Source of the DNA: Clostridiales bacterium UBA7573
GTDB lineage: Bacteria > Bacillota > Clostridia > Oscillospirales > CAG-272
Length of the DNA stretch: 54,311 bases
Assembly: GCA_002477905.1 (NCBI GenBank)
Contig: DLLB01000083.1
Location: forward strand, 1-54,311
Direction: 5' to 3'
Shown here: piece by piece, positions 34,239 to 43,650 of the stretch
Numbering within the stretch: position 1 is the stretch's first letter
Layout of the letters: the number at the start of each line of letters is the position of its first letter
Notes under the pieces: model-generated
Database searches by the model: none
Told to the model about the DNA's origin: nothing
The model's input: the letters and a program-made list of their open reading frames with translations, nothing else
Made by a program: the position numbers and the translations under genes

Positions 34239-37200
34239 TCAATAATACATCCAGACATCGTCCTGAAGCAACAGTTCCTGATATTCTTCCCGCGTGATCT
34301 TGGTTTCCCGCGGTTTTTGTCCCTCTGCCGGCGCGATCATGCCTTTGCGTTCCATATATACCAAAAGTCGTTTTGCCTTTTGGAATCCGATCCGCAGATA
34401 AATTTGCAGGTTGGAGGCGGAAACCGAGCCTTCGTTTACCGCCATCTCCACTGCCTGTTTGAGCAGTCCGACTTCATCATCCGGAATTCTGCCCCGATTG
34501 TCGCCGGTCAGATCGTTCCTGTGACCGGAATCGCCCTCGCTGTCTTTATCCAACGCCGCGGCGGTACGCTCCATCGCGCTGATGACTTCATCGTCATAAC
34601 TGCCCTTGCCGTTATGCGAGCAAATATACCGCACAATGGCTTCCGTTTCTTCTTCGCTGATAAATGCGCCCTGCAAACGCACCGGTTCATTGACATCCAC
34701 CGGCGCATACAACATATCGCCTTTTCCGAGTAATTTTTCCGCGCCGGCAGTACCGAGAATCGTTCTGGAGTCCTGTTGTGCCGCGCAGGCAAACGCAATA
34801 CGGGACGGAATGTTGGATTTTAAAAGTCCGGTAATGACATCGACAGACGGACGCTGTGTACCCAAAATTACATGGATACCGGCGGCACGCGCTTCCGCGA
34901 GCAGACGGCAGATGGAATCCTCCACCGCATCCCGTGCGACCATCATCAGAGACGCAAGCTCATCAATGACAATCACTACACGCGGCAAAAGCTCCCAATC
35001 CGGATTTTTCGCCGCCATTTGGTTATACTTGCCGATATTGCGGATCTTAGCACGTTCCAAGATGCTGTATCTGCGTGTCATTTCTCCGACTGCCCATTCC
35101 AAGGCTCCGGCGGCTTTCTTTGCATCCGTCACCACAGGAACGCGCAGATGCGGCAACCCGTCATACAGTGTAAATTCCACTTTTTTCGGATCAATTAAAA
35201 TCAGGTTGACATCTTCCGGTGCGCAACGGTACAGAATACTTGCTAATATACAGTTGATGCATACGGATTTTCCCATGCCGGTAGCACCCGCAACCAACAG
35301 GTGCGGCATTTTTTCCAGATTCATAAAGACCGGTGCGCCGGCAACGTCCTCCCCCAGTGCGCAAAGAAGCGGTGCGGAAGAATTTTGGAAAGCTTCCGTT
35401 TCAATCAGCTTCCGCATATACACCACCGAACGCACTTGGTTCGGAACTTCAATTCCGATCGCACACTTCCCGACAATCGGCGCTTCAATCCGGATCTTGC
35501 CCGAAGCGGCAAGATTCATGGCAATATCATTTTCCAGATTCAGAATCTGGTTCACGCGCACGCCGCGATCCGGCACCAGCTCATACCGCGTGACCGTAGG
35601 TCCGCGGGAAACATGCGTGATCTGGGCGCTGACATGGAAGCTCTCCAGCGTTTCCATCAATGTCTGCGCCCGTTGCTGCAATTCGGCACTGATGTCCTCT
35701 GTCGGTTGTTCGGATCCGCTGCTCAAGCAGGAGATCGGCGGAAAATCATACGGTACGCGCGGCGGTGCCGGAGGCGCCTCAGAGGTAACCGGAGACATCG
35801 CATAGGACGTATCCTGCCGCGGCGGCTGTGCAAACAATGCCGCTCCGTCCAGCGGTGTGGGAACTTGCTCTGCCATGACCGTTTCCTGCGTCAAACGCAC
35901 AGGTTCCTGCGGTGCAGGGGGAAAGGACGGTGTAAACGGCGGCTCGATCGGATCCTCCGGCTCTGCTTCCACTTCCTCGGTTTCCTCCATTCCGACTTTT
36001 TCAACATCGGCTTTCGGCTCTGAAACGGAATCGGTATAGGTCGGTTGCGAAGCAGACGGGGCAGTATGCTCCGGTTGATCTGTATTTTGCGCAAGAACCG
36101 GAGCGATCTCCTCCTCATCCGGTTCTTCGGCTTTTGGGGACATAGATGCCATCGGAGAGGTTACGGTGATCGGTTCGGCGGGCGTCGGCGGCTTGGGTTT
36201 GATATAATCCGGAGATTTCGGATCCAACTGCGGATTGTACCCGCCAAAGTAAAGCGCCGCCGCTTCCTGTGGATTCTGCAGATTCCGATCCTGCGCAATC
36301 GACGTAGGCGGATTCGGTTTCGGATTTGGCTTGATATACTGCGGAGATTTCGGATCCAACTGCGGATTGTATCCGCCAAAGTAAAGCGCTGCCGCTTCCT
36401 GTGGATTTTGCAGATTCCGATCCTGTGCAATCGACGTGGCGCGCGCAGATTGTCCGGTTTTATTTGCCGGATTGCCGATATACTGCGGGGATTTCGGATC
36501 CAGTTGCGGATTGTATCCGCCGAAAAACTGCGCCGCCGTTTGGGTGGCGTCCAGATTTTGCGGCGTCTGACTATCCACATAACTGCGTCGGATCACCATG
36601 GTCGTATTTTCCCGCTCCATTAAACGCTCATGAGCGCTTTTCCGCGGCGCCTGCGATTTTGTATTGTCAGAAGTGCCGAAACGGGAGGGACGGGTGACCG
36701 GCTTTTCGGTCTGCACACTTGCCTGCGGCGTCCGCTGTGCGGCAGGCGCAGGGCTTTGCGGCTTTTCCGCACCCGCGGTAGCCGGCTGACTTTCCTTGCG
36801 CGGGGGCAAGGGAATATCCGGATTAAACGGCATCACATCCGGCTGATCGCGATATCCTGTGCGGTCATACGCAGTCGGCGTGCTTTGCAGATAAGTCGGA
36901 TTGGGTTGCGAAAACGCAGTCTGCCGCGGCTTTTCATACACCATTGGACTTTCTTCCTCCGGTGCGGGATGCTTTTTCCGTCCGAATGCGGCGCTCCAAA
37001 GAGCCACTGCCGCTCTGCGCGGCGTCGTTCCCAAAAGATAGGGGAAAAAGATCAGAAGCAGTGCCACACTGAGAAAGACCGTGCCGAGCTTTCCGACATT
37101 TCGCACGGCAAATCTGCCGATGACGTCCCCGACCACACCGCCGCCGCCATCCTGAAAAGCGCGGCTCTGCGTATAGATTTCCTTCACGGTGAGCGAATCC

Positions 37201-37613
37201 GGAAATTGTGCGGAAAACGGCAAATACAGCAAAACGGAAACAAGAATCAGGCAAAGGAGCGTGGAAATGCATTTCCACTTCATAATCCCTGCCGCGCGAT
37301 CTCTGCGCCAGAATACAGCAAGATTCAGCAAAAAGAACGGAATGGCGACTGCGGCAATGCCGAAAATCCCACAGAGATTTCCCACGATCGCATCGCCCAC
37401 CGGTCCTGTACGGCTTCGGAACAAGTAGCACAAGATCATAAAAATTGCCGCAAGTCCGAGTAAATAAGGCATGACTTGATTTAAAATACGCTCCGGATCA
37501 CGGCGACGGGCTTTACGGGACGCCGCTGTCTGTTCGGCTTGCGCGGATTGTTCCGGCGTTTTCGACGGCGCCGAATTCTTTTTTTTCTGCAAAGGGTCTG
37601 TGCGACTTGCCAT
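34239..37613 (-). CDS. ftsK: DNA translocase FtsK/SpoIIIE with long repetitive linker
   Basis: N-terminal 4-5 TM helices, a Pro/Gln-rich linker, a motor with Walker A GATGMGKSV, and a C-terminal winged-helix gamma domain. AAGGAGGA RBS. Confidence 0.93.
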   Translation of the reverse strand: MASRTDPLQKKKNSAPSKTPEQSAQAEQTAASRKARRRDPERILNQVMPYLLGLAAIFMILCYLFRSRTGPVGDAIVGNLCGIFGIAAVAIPFFLLNLAVFWRRDRAAGIMKWKCISTLLCLILVSVLLYLPFSAQFPDSLTVKEIYTQSRAFQDGGGGVVGDVIGRFAVRNVGKLGTVFLSVALLLIFFPYLLGTTPRRAAVALWSAAFGRKKHPAPEEESPMVYEKPRQTAFSQPNPTYLQSTPTAYDRTGYRDQPDVMPFNPDIPLPPRKESQPATAGAEKPQSPAPAAQRTPQASVQTEKPVTRPSRFGTSDNTKSQAPRKSAHERLMERENTTMVIRRSYVDSQTPQNLDATQTAAQFFGGYNPQLDPKSPQYIGNPANKTGQSARATSIAQDRNLQNPQEAAALYFGGYNPQLDPKSPQYIKPNPKPNPPTSIAQDRNLQNPQEAAALYFGGYNPQLDPKSPDYIKPKPPTPAEPITVTSPMASMSPKAEEPDEEEIAPVLAQNTDQPEHTAPSASQPTYTDSVSEPKADVEKVGMEETEEVEAEPEDPIEPPFTPSFPPAPQEPVRLTQETVMAEQVPTPLDGAALFAQPPRQDTSYAMSPVTSEAPPAPPRVPYDFPPISCLSSGSEQPTEDISAELQQRAQTLMETLESFHVSAQITHVSRGPTVTRYELVPDRGVRVNQILNLENDIAMNLAASGKIRIEAPIVGKCAIGIEVPNQVRSVVYMRKLIETEAFQNSSAPLLCALGEDVAGAPVFMNLEKMPHLLVAGATGMGKSVCINCILASILYRCAPEDVNLILIDPKKVEFTLYDGLPHLRVPVVTDAKKAAGALEWAVGEMTRRYSILERAKIRNIGKYNQMAAKNPDWELLPRVVIVIDELASLMMVARDAVEDSICRLLAEARAAGIHVILGTQRPSVDVITGLLKSNIPSRIAFACAAQQDSRTILGTAGAEKLLGKGDMLYAPVDVNEPVRLQGAFISEEETEAIVRYICSHNGKGSYDDEVISAMERTAAALDKDSEGDSGHRNDLTGDNRGRIPDDEVGLLKQAVEMAVNEGSVSASNLQIYLRIGFQKAKRLLVYMERKGMIAPAEGQKPRETKITREEYQELLLQDDVWMYY
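36201..36540 (-). repeat. in-frame tandem repeat inside the ftsK linker (2 near-identical copies plus a third partial, more divergent copy; periods 132 and 144 nt)
   Basis: Copies start at 36201, 36333 and 36477 on the + strand. The first two (105 nt each) differ at only a few positions. They encode ...QNPQEAAALYFGGYNPQLDPKSPQYI.... Confidence 0.9.
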
Positions 37614-37789
37614 TGTGGAAAATCCTCCTTTTCTTCTGTCGTGAAAACGGGACGGCTGATCGGGGATTCCGTTTTTTCCCGATGTATAGCCGCTGTCCTG
37701 TGTGTTATACTGTTGTTAATCCGGAAAAAATCCCGGTACCTATTATCATACCAAATTTTTTTGAAAATTACAAGTCAAAACGGAGAAAT

Positions 37790-38137
37790 ATGTGCAGTTT
37801 TTTTCAAAGTGTCGCTTTTTCGCCAGCCGCCGGATTCATAAACGGGTTATTCGGCTGCGGCGGGGGAATTCTGTTGATTCTGACACTGCGCGGCAAGGGG
37901 ATTTGCAATTACCGCACCGCGCCGGTCATTATGGCGATCGCGGCGGCAGTCAGTGCCGGATTTTTTCTGAAAAAAGAACCGTCCATCTGCAAAGAAGCGA
38001 CGTTTTATCTGCTTCCCGCTTTCTTTGGCGGGGCGCTTGGCGCGATCTGGCTTGGGAAAATCCGGCTTTCCTTTTTGGACAAGCTGTTCGGCATTCTGAC
38101 CGCGTTTGCGGGCATTCTGCTGTTTTTGCGCGCTTGA
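37790..38137 (+). CDS. TauE/SafE-family anion exporter, half-size subunit A
   Basis: 115 aa with ~4 TM helices and a Gly-rich motif GLFGCGGGILLI. Start trimmed to ATG 37790, which has a GGAG RBS. Confidence 0.7.
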   Translation: MCSFFQSVAFSPAAGFINGLFGCGGGILLILTLRGKGICNYRTAPVIMAIAAAVSAGFFLKKEPSICKEATFYLLPAFFGGALGAIWLGKIRLSFLDKLFGILTAFAGILLFLRA

Positions 38138-38162
38138 CTTTGAAAAAGGAGCGGAAAATACC

Positions 38163-38591
38163 ATGACGATTCTCACATGGGCAGTCACATTGCTCACCTG
38201 TATGCTCGGCGGCATGGGAGTAGGCGGCGGGGGACTGCTGATGCTGTGGTTTTTGTTTGTTTTGAAAATGCCGCAATTACAAGCACAGGGCATCAATCTG
38301 CTGTTATTTCCGGTATCGGTTACGGGCTCTGTCCTGTGCGGCGCAATCTATGACAAGCTCCGAAAATCCCACGCTCTGCGTCCGGATTTCCGGACGGTTT
38401 TCCGCACTGCCGGCTGGGTGGTCCTCGGTTCCATAGTCGGTACCTTTGTCGCACGGCATCTGCCGACGGTGTGGCTCCGAAAAGGCTTCGGTATTTTTTT
38501 GTGTATACTGGGAATCAGCCGGCTTTTCCCCCGAAAAAAGTCCGAGCCATCGCAAACTGCACAAAATCAGAAACCGGCAAAGAAACGGTAA
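38163..38591 (+). CDS. TauE/SafE-family anion exporter, half-size subunit B
   Basis: 142 aa with ~4 TM helices and motif GGMGVGGGGLLML. Start trimmed to ATG 38163, which has an AAAGGAG RBS at good spacing. Confidence 0.7.
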   Translation: MTILTWAVTLLTCMLGGMGVGGGGLLMLWFLFVLKMPQLQAQGINLLLFPVSVTGSVLCGAIYDKLRKSHALRPDFRTVFRTAGWVVLGSIVGTFVARHLPTVWLRKGFGIFLCILGISRLFPRKKSEPSQTAQNQKPAKKR

Positions 38592-40237
38592 AACGTGTTT
38601 TGATATTCGGCAAGCAGATTCATTTCACTTTCCAAAGCAAACGTCAGTCCCAAATAAAACGTCACCATACACAAGCCGATGCAGAGCACACATTTGGCAC
38701 TGTCCCATGCGCGGTTTTGCCCATTTTCACAGAACAGCAAAAAACCAAGCAATCCGATCAAGGCAAGGGCAGGAAAGAAGTCCGCCGCATACCGCAAATG
38801 AACGCCTCCAAGGCAAAGATTTACCCACATCAAAGCTATCGCGCATCCGATTGTACAGGCGAAACATACATTCGCCGTACGTCTGCGGGTATTCCAAAGA
38901 GACGGCAGATATGCGCCCCATGTCAGCGGTAAATGGATGCTTCCCGCCGCAAGATACAGATAAATCTTGGCATGATAGTTTTTCATGGCAAGAAATTGCA
39001 GATGCACATAGGGAAATACCGCATTGATTTCCAAAGGGGCAAACAGATAGTGCCGCAGGGCATACCCGAACCACGGCAAGCGCAGATGATTCTGTCGGAT
39101 GTCGGAAACGGTCAACTGATAGCGGCTACCGAATTCCAACACATTGCCAAAGCGTGCGGCATTGTAAGCCATCAACAAAGCGCCGCCGACAAGACACGGC
39201 ACAAAAAACGAAGCGAACTGCTCCGTTTTTTCCCGCCATCCGGTCTGCTTGTAAAGCAGATTCCGGAAAAACAGCGGCACCGCGACCAACGCATACAAAC
39301 CGAATGTCGGGCGGCTTGCTACACACAGTACGAAACATACGCCCGCGGCGGCACAAAATCCGATGCGTTTTGCGCGTGTTTTTGCGGAAAAGCCATGCAA
39401 CAACAACGAAAAAAATGCGCACAGGCAGGTAATTGCACACAGAATGGGCGTATAGTAAAATGCAGAACTGCTTTGCAGAAAGAACAACAGCGACGCCGCA
39501 TGCATCGCGGGAATGCCCATACAAAGCAACAACAGCGGGATTTGTATAGAAAGCTCCCGCAAAATGGTCCATAACAGCCACGTCTGTGCCAACAGCGCAA
39601 GCAATCCGAAAAAGAAACAGGCAGTGACGTCGGTTGGCAGCGCCGTTCCGCCGCTGAGAAAGTAAAACGGGAAATAAAACAAAAACACCGGCGCAATCCC
39701 AAAGTACGAATACATTTCGCCCTGATAATACGCATGATCCCAAAACGGCATCGTACTGTTACCGACGGTCCCCTCCCGCTCATTGTAATCATAGGGGTTT
39801 TCCAGCGCCGCAAATCCTTCCCGATCAAACGAAACATCCAAAGTGAGTCTGCCGTGCTTCACCGCGTCAAACATTTGCAGATAAATGCCGGAATCCAGCG
39901 TTCCTCTAGTACAGGGATAGGATACCGCAAGCGGCATTTCCTGCGCAAGGTCGGCAAATATGCCGCTCATGCAAAGAACAGACAGACCGACTGCGCAACA
40001 TACGCACAGCCGGTGTCTGCGGTTCTCCCGTTGATAGACGGTTCTGCCAAAAAATACAATCGCAAGAAACAAGCCATACAGGCAGACAAACGTCAGCGCG
40101 GCATATCCGACTGCAGAAGCGGTCAAAGCGGTTTTGCGCAGAGCCTGCAACAGAATTGCCACACTCATACAAACCACACCGCCAGCCATGCAAAGTCCGA
40201 TCCGGAATTTGTCCTGCTTAGTTCTGCTTGCTTTCAT
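38567..40237 (-). CDS. large polytopic membrane protein, GT-C-like glycosyltransferase candidate
   Basis: ~556 aa with 12 or more hydrophobic helices and a loop [11 protein letters not shown]...[20 protein letters not shown]. Start set to ATG 40237 (AGGAG RBS). It overlaps the upstream gene's stop by 20 nt. Confidence 0.75.
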   Translation of the reverse strand: MKASRTKQDKFRIGLCMAGGVVCMSVAILLQALRKTALTASAVGYAALTFVCLYGLFLAIVFFGRTVYQRENRRHRLCVCCAVGLSVLCMSGIFADLAQEMPLAVSYPCTRGTLDSGIYLQMFDAVKHGRLTLDVSFDREGFAALENPYDYNEREGTVGNSTMPFWDHAYYQGEMYSYFGIAPVFLFYFPFYFLSGGTALPTDVTACFFFGLLALLAQTWLLWTILRELSIQIPLLLLCMGIPAMHAASLLFFLQSSSAFYYTPILCAITCLCAFFSLLLHGFSAKTRAKRIGFCAAAGVCFVLCVASRPTFGLYALVAVPLFFRNLLYKQTGWREKTEQFASFFVPCLVGGALLMAYNAARFGNVLEFGSRYQLTVSDIRQNHLRLPWFGYALRHYLFAPLEINAVFPYVHLQFLAMKNYHAKIYLYLAAGSIHLPLTWGAYLPSLWNTRRRTANVCFACTIGCAIALMWVNLCLGGVHLRYAADFFPALALIGLLGFLLFCENGQNRAWDSAKCVLCIGLCMVTFYLGLTFALESEMNLLAEYQNTFYRFFAGF

Positions 40238-41771
40238 GATACTCCTGCTCCGTATTGACATTCCAGACAGCAGCCTTATCCGTGCCGTCTCGCAGAGCCC
40301 TGACCGCTTCCATTGCAGTCAGCATGGAGTGATCCATGTTATTGTACCGATGCTGTCCGTTGCGCCCGATCAAATACAGATTCGGGATCGCATCCAGATA
40401 TTGCTTCACCGTATCAAACTGCGCATAACTGCCGAAATACGCAGGGTATGCCTTTTTCACCTTGATCCGTACCGCGTCTTTCACCGCGTCTGCGTCGATG
40501 ACGCCGATTTTTGCCAGTTCTTCCGTTGCAAAGGCGATAAATGCGTCATCCGGCATTTCCCAGTACGTATCGCCCTCCGCGCAGAAATATTCCAGTCCGA
40601 TCCACACGGTGTTTTGGGGATCTTTTACCATATAGGGCGACCAGTTGTTGAAAATCTGCAATCTGCCGAGCTTTACTCCCCGTTCCTGAATATAAATCCA
40701 ACAATCCGGTACGATATTCCCGACGGTCTTGATCTTGGTCTGATTCTTCAGCTTCAGCCGATCCACCAACAATCCCACCGTCATATAATCCCGATACGGC
40801 AATGCTTCGGCGATCTGCCGCACATCTTGCGGCACTTCTTCCCCCATGCCGCACACAAGATCCTTGACCGGCATCGTGGAGAAAAAGGCATCTGCGGTAA
40901 AACGTTTTTCCCCATCCGGAGTGTTTGCCTGTACCGCCGTCACACGTCCGTTTTCCAGCGTAATGCCGGTAACCTCCGTATTCCGATATACTTCTCCGCC
41001 CAGCCGTATTACCTCATCGCACAGCACTTCCCAAAGCTGTCCCGGTCCTTTTTTCGGATACCAGAACTGCTCGATCAAAGAAGTCTCCACCTTGCCGTTT
41101 TTCTTGCGGAAAGGCTTTGTCAGTGCATTTGCCACGGTTTTCCGAAGCGACAGCCCTTTTACGCGCTGTGCGCCCCATTCCGCGGAAATATCCCGCGGAT
41201 TCACACCCCACAGCTTCTCGGTATAGTCCTCGAAAAACATCTCGTACAGCGGTTTGCCGAAACGATTGATATAGAAGTTGGCAAGGCTATCCTCCGGACG
41301 TTTGTGGATACAGGCGCCAAGGTATCCGAACCCCGCTTTCAGCGTGCGCCCCACGCCCATATTCGCAAACGTGCGGAACTTGAGACTGATGGGATAATCA
41401 AAGAATTTTTTCAGATAGTAAATGCGGGAAACGCGGTCGCGTAAAAGCATGACTCGTTCGGTTTGCTCCGGATCCGGTCCGCCCGGCGCATAGTCTTTTT
41501 GCCTTGCAAGCAACAGATCATCCGAAGCGCCGCTTCCCTGCATGGGCATCAGCGTCTGCCACAGATCGCAAACCTCCTTGCTTTTGGAGAAAAAGCGATG
41601 CCCGCCAAGATCAATTCGATTGCCGTGATACTCCGCTGTGCGGGAAATGCCTCCGATATACGGGCTTGCTTCCAATACAATGGGATGATAGTCCGTCTCC
41701 TTCAAAAGCTGATAGGCGGCGGTCAGTCCCGCAGGACCAGCGCCAATGATAATCGCAGTTTTCTGTTCCAT
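40218..41771 (-). CDS. FAD-dependent enzyme resembling long (eukaryote-type) UDP-galactopyranose mutase
   Basis: Rossmann [16 protein letters not shown], then [20 protein letters not shown]...[15 protein letters not shown]...IFNNWSPY and [22 protein letters not shown]. These parallel motifs I recall from Aspergillus UGM (VGGHVIFSHYK, FKVWAV...CAWLGERV, CWLYFPE...[32 protein letters not shown]). Confidence 0.8.
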   Translation of the reverse strand: MEQKTAIIIGAGPAGLTAAYQLLKETDYHPIVLEASPYIGGISRTAEYHGNRIDLGGHRFFSKSKEVCDLWQTLMPMQGSGASDDLLLARQKDYAPGGPDPEQTERVMLLRDRVSRIYYLKKFFDYPISLKFRTFANMGVGRTLKAGFGYLGACIHKRPEDSLANFYINRFGKPLYEMFFEDYTEKLWGVNPRDISAEWGAQRVKGLSLRKTVANALTKPFRKKNGKVETSLIEQFWYPKKGPGQLWEVLCDEVIRLGGEVYRNTEVTGITLENGRVTAVQANTPDGEKRFTADAFFSTMPVKDLVCGMGEEVPQDVRQIAEALPYRDYMTVGLLVDRLKLKNQTKIKTVGNIVPDCWIYIQERGVKLGRLQIFNNWSPYMVKDPQNTVWIGLEYFCAEGDTYWEMPDDAFIAFATEELAKIGVIDADAVKDAVRIKVKKAYPAYFGSYAQFDTVKQYLDAIPNLYLIGRNGQHRYNNMDHSMLTAMEAVRALRDGTDKAAVWNVNTEQEYHESKQN

Positions 41772-41787
41772 ATTTCATCCTCTTTTC

Positions 41788-43440
41788 TTACGGATTCCGT
41801 GCGGTCAGCGTCATGGGGTTGGTTTCATATAACAGCAGAATATATCCGTCTCCAATCGGTTCCTTGGTTTTGGCAGGATGCGCTTCGTACCAATTTGACC
41901 ATTTAAAACTCTCATACTCTGCCTCCGTGAGCAAAAGAAAGTACTGCGTAACCCCCGGCTGATCTTCATACCAACGATGCGCGGACTGATAATAATCCGT
42001 GGTCAGTCCTTGTTCTTTGGTTGCCAGCACCATGCGGACGCGCACCGTATCGTCGGAAAGCAAGGTGATTGCGTTGGCGTTCCAGAAGGTTGCGTAACCA
42101 TAGGTCAATCCCTTTTCCCGCAAAGTCTCCGTGATACGATACAGCGGATGATCGGCAGGATGGTTGGAAAGCCGCAGAACACGCACGGCACTTTGCGTGC
42201 AGAACAACATCAGCACCGCCAACACACAGCACAACGCTCTGCGACAGGGCAAACTGTGCGCGATCCGGCGAAGCAGCACGGCACAAGACAAAATCGACGC
42301 ACAAAGCAATGGCGTCAGCCGCCAGTTTGCGCTGGAAAGCATCCCGCATACCCATCCGAACAATACAAACACGCTCATTCCCGCGCAGGCAAGCAACAGC
42401 ATCTGCTCTTTTTGGGAAAAACGGCGGTAAAACCGCAAAGCCACAAACGGTAACAGCAGTAGCAATCCCGCGCCGGCAATCTGTATGATCGCCACAATCC
42501 CTTCCACAGACGCAATTTCCGTTGCGAAAGATACCTCAATACCGAGCAGGGTAAACCAGTTTCCAGGCAAGGCGCGCAGGTTGTTCATCCATTCCGTAGG
42601 GGCTGAAAAGCGACTGTACGCATTGGCATAGCCCGCACTCTGCGCTCCGATCAGCAAAGCACGGAATCCCAGTCCCACAAGGGAGCACAGCGCGATTCCG
42701 CCGCTGATCGCAAGGAAAAGCCATTGCTTCTGCCCGGAAAACAGCGGTTCTTTGCGTAAGAACCAATTTCCCAGCCATGCACACAAAAGCGGGAAAGCAC
42801 ACAATGCCAGCGCCTGAATTCCATTCAATGCACAAAGCGTTAAAAAAACACCCAAAATCGCACTGAAGATCCAAAATCGCGCGGTGCGGAGCGGTTGCGG
42901 TTGCGCAAGCTGTGCAAGGAGCTTCATAGAAAGCGAAAAAGCAGTCAAAAGCATCAGTACGCCGAGACTGTAATAAATGATATGTCCGAAAAAGATCTCC
43001 CGCAGTTTGCCGCTGCAAAGCAGAACCAATAACATCAGTCCAAGCGTGCGCGCACTCTGCTCCCACGAAAAGCCGACGCTGAAACAGCACCACACCAGCG
43101 CCGCACAGAAAAGAAGCGTGAACAGTAGCATCCCGCATGCCTGACTTTTCATAGAAAGTCCGAAAATCGGCAGAAAAATCCCCATCAACAGTTGTCCGCC
43201 AAACGGCAGGAAACACGCGTACTGAAAATCGGGATCGAGCCATCTTCCGCTTTCCCGCGTAGTTTGCGCCCACAAAATCGTATCGGTGCAATCGGCATGA
43301 AATTCCACCCGTGACGGTCCGAAAATATAATATCCTGCAAGCAAAATTCCGACCAGCGCCACCGTCGCGCTCAGGGTTTTCCGCAAAAAGCTCCACCACT
43401 CGCGCCGTTGGATCGCGGCATCGGTATTTTCATTTTGCAT
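41788..43440 (-). CDS. large polytopic membrane protein with C-terminal extracytoplasmic domain (GT-C-like/polymerase-like candidate)
   Basis: ~550 aa with ~12 TM helices followed by a ~110-aa soluble tail. Start trimmed to ATG 43440 (MQNENTD). It ends 16 nt before the flavoenzyme gene. Confidence 0.75.
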   Translation of the reverse strand: MQNENTDAAIQRREWWSFLRKTLSATVALVGILLAGYYIFGPSRVEFHADCTDTILWAQTTRESGRWLDPDFQYACFLPFGGQLLMGIFLPIFGLSMKSQACGMLLFTLLFCAALVWCCFSVGFSWEQSARTLGLMLLVLLCSGKLREIFFGHIIYYSLGVLMLLTAFSLSMKLLAQLAQPQPLRTARFWIFSAILGVFLTLCALNGIQALALCAFPLLCAWLGNWFLRKEPLFSGQKQWLFLAISGGIALCSLVGLGFRALLIGAQSAGYANAYSRFSAPTEWMNNLRALPGNWFTLLGIEVSFATEIASVEGIVAIIQIAGAGLLLLLPFVALRFYRRFSQKEQMLLLACAGMSVFVLFGWVCGMLSSANWRLTPLLCASILSCAVLLRRIAHSLPCRRALCCVLAVLMLFCTQSAVRVLRLSNHPADHPLYRITETLREKGLTYGYATFWNANAITLLSDDTVRVRMVLATKEQGLTTDYYQSAHRWYEDQPGVTQYFLLLTEAEYESFKWSNWYEAHPAKTKEPIGDGYILLLYETNPMTLTARNP

Positions 43441-43483
43441 CGTGCGTTTTCCCCGCTTTCTTCTGATTTTTACAGATAAATTC

Positions 43484-43512
43484 AGTATATCATAAACTCC
43501 GCGCATTGTCAA
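43484..43512 (-). promoter_or_regulatory. putative promoter of the membrane protein / UGM-like / membrane protein operon
   Basis: On the minus strand: consensus TTGACA (43512-43507), 17-nt spacer, TGaTATACT (-10 at 43489-43484). Confidence 0.6.
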
Positions 43513-43581
43513 GCGAAAAAAGGGGACAAGCGCTCTTTGCATCGCTTCGTTTCAAAAGAAATCTCCCAAATTCCGAATTTC

Positions 43582-43619
43582 AAAAACAACCTGCCGCCGT
43601 ATTTTCCGACGTCAGGTTG
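43582..43619 (-). terminator. probable intrinsic terminator of the EF-G paralog
   Basis: 7-bp stem CAACCTG (43587-43593) / CAGGTTG (43613-43619) with a large 19-nt loop, followed on the minus strand by TTTTT. Confidence 0.45.
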
Positions 43620-43650
43620 CCATTTTGTAAGATCCGATTCTCCGGTTCGG

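Noticed and set aside
34606-35805. 399-aa + strand ORF inside ftsK, and the similar 40134-41444 ORF (436 aa) inside the UGM-like gene
   Set aside because: They are antisense shadows of genes with clear Walker/Rossmann motifs and have no RBS or motif support.
36201-36540. Tandem repeats as a CRISPR array or DGR template/variable region
   Set aside because: The repeats are contiguous and in-frame inside ftsK, with no unique spacers, no cas genes and no reverse transcriptase nearby.
37640-37690. Alternative hairpins (AAACGG../..CCGTTT and ATCGGG/CCCGAT) in the ftsK-TauE divergent region as a riboswitch-like element
   Set aside because: The stems are short, I recognise no conserved motif, and it is unclear whether the region is transcribed on either strand.
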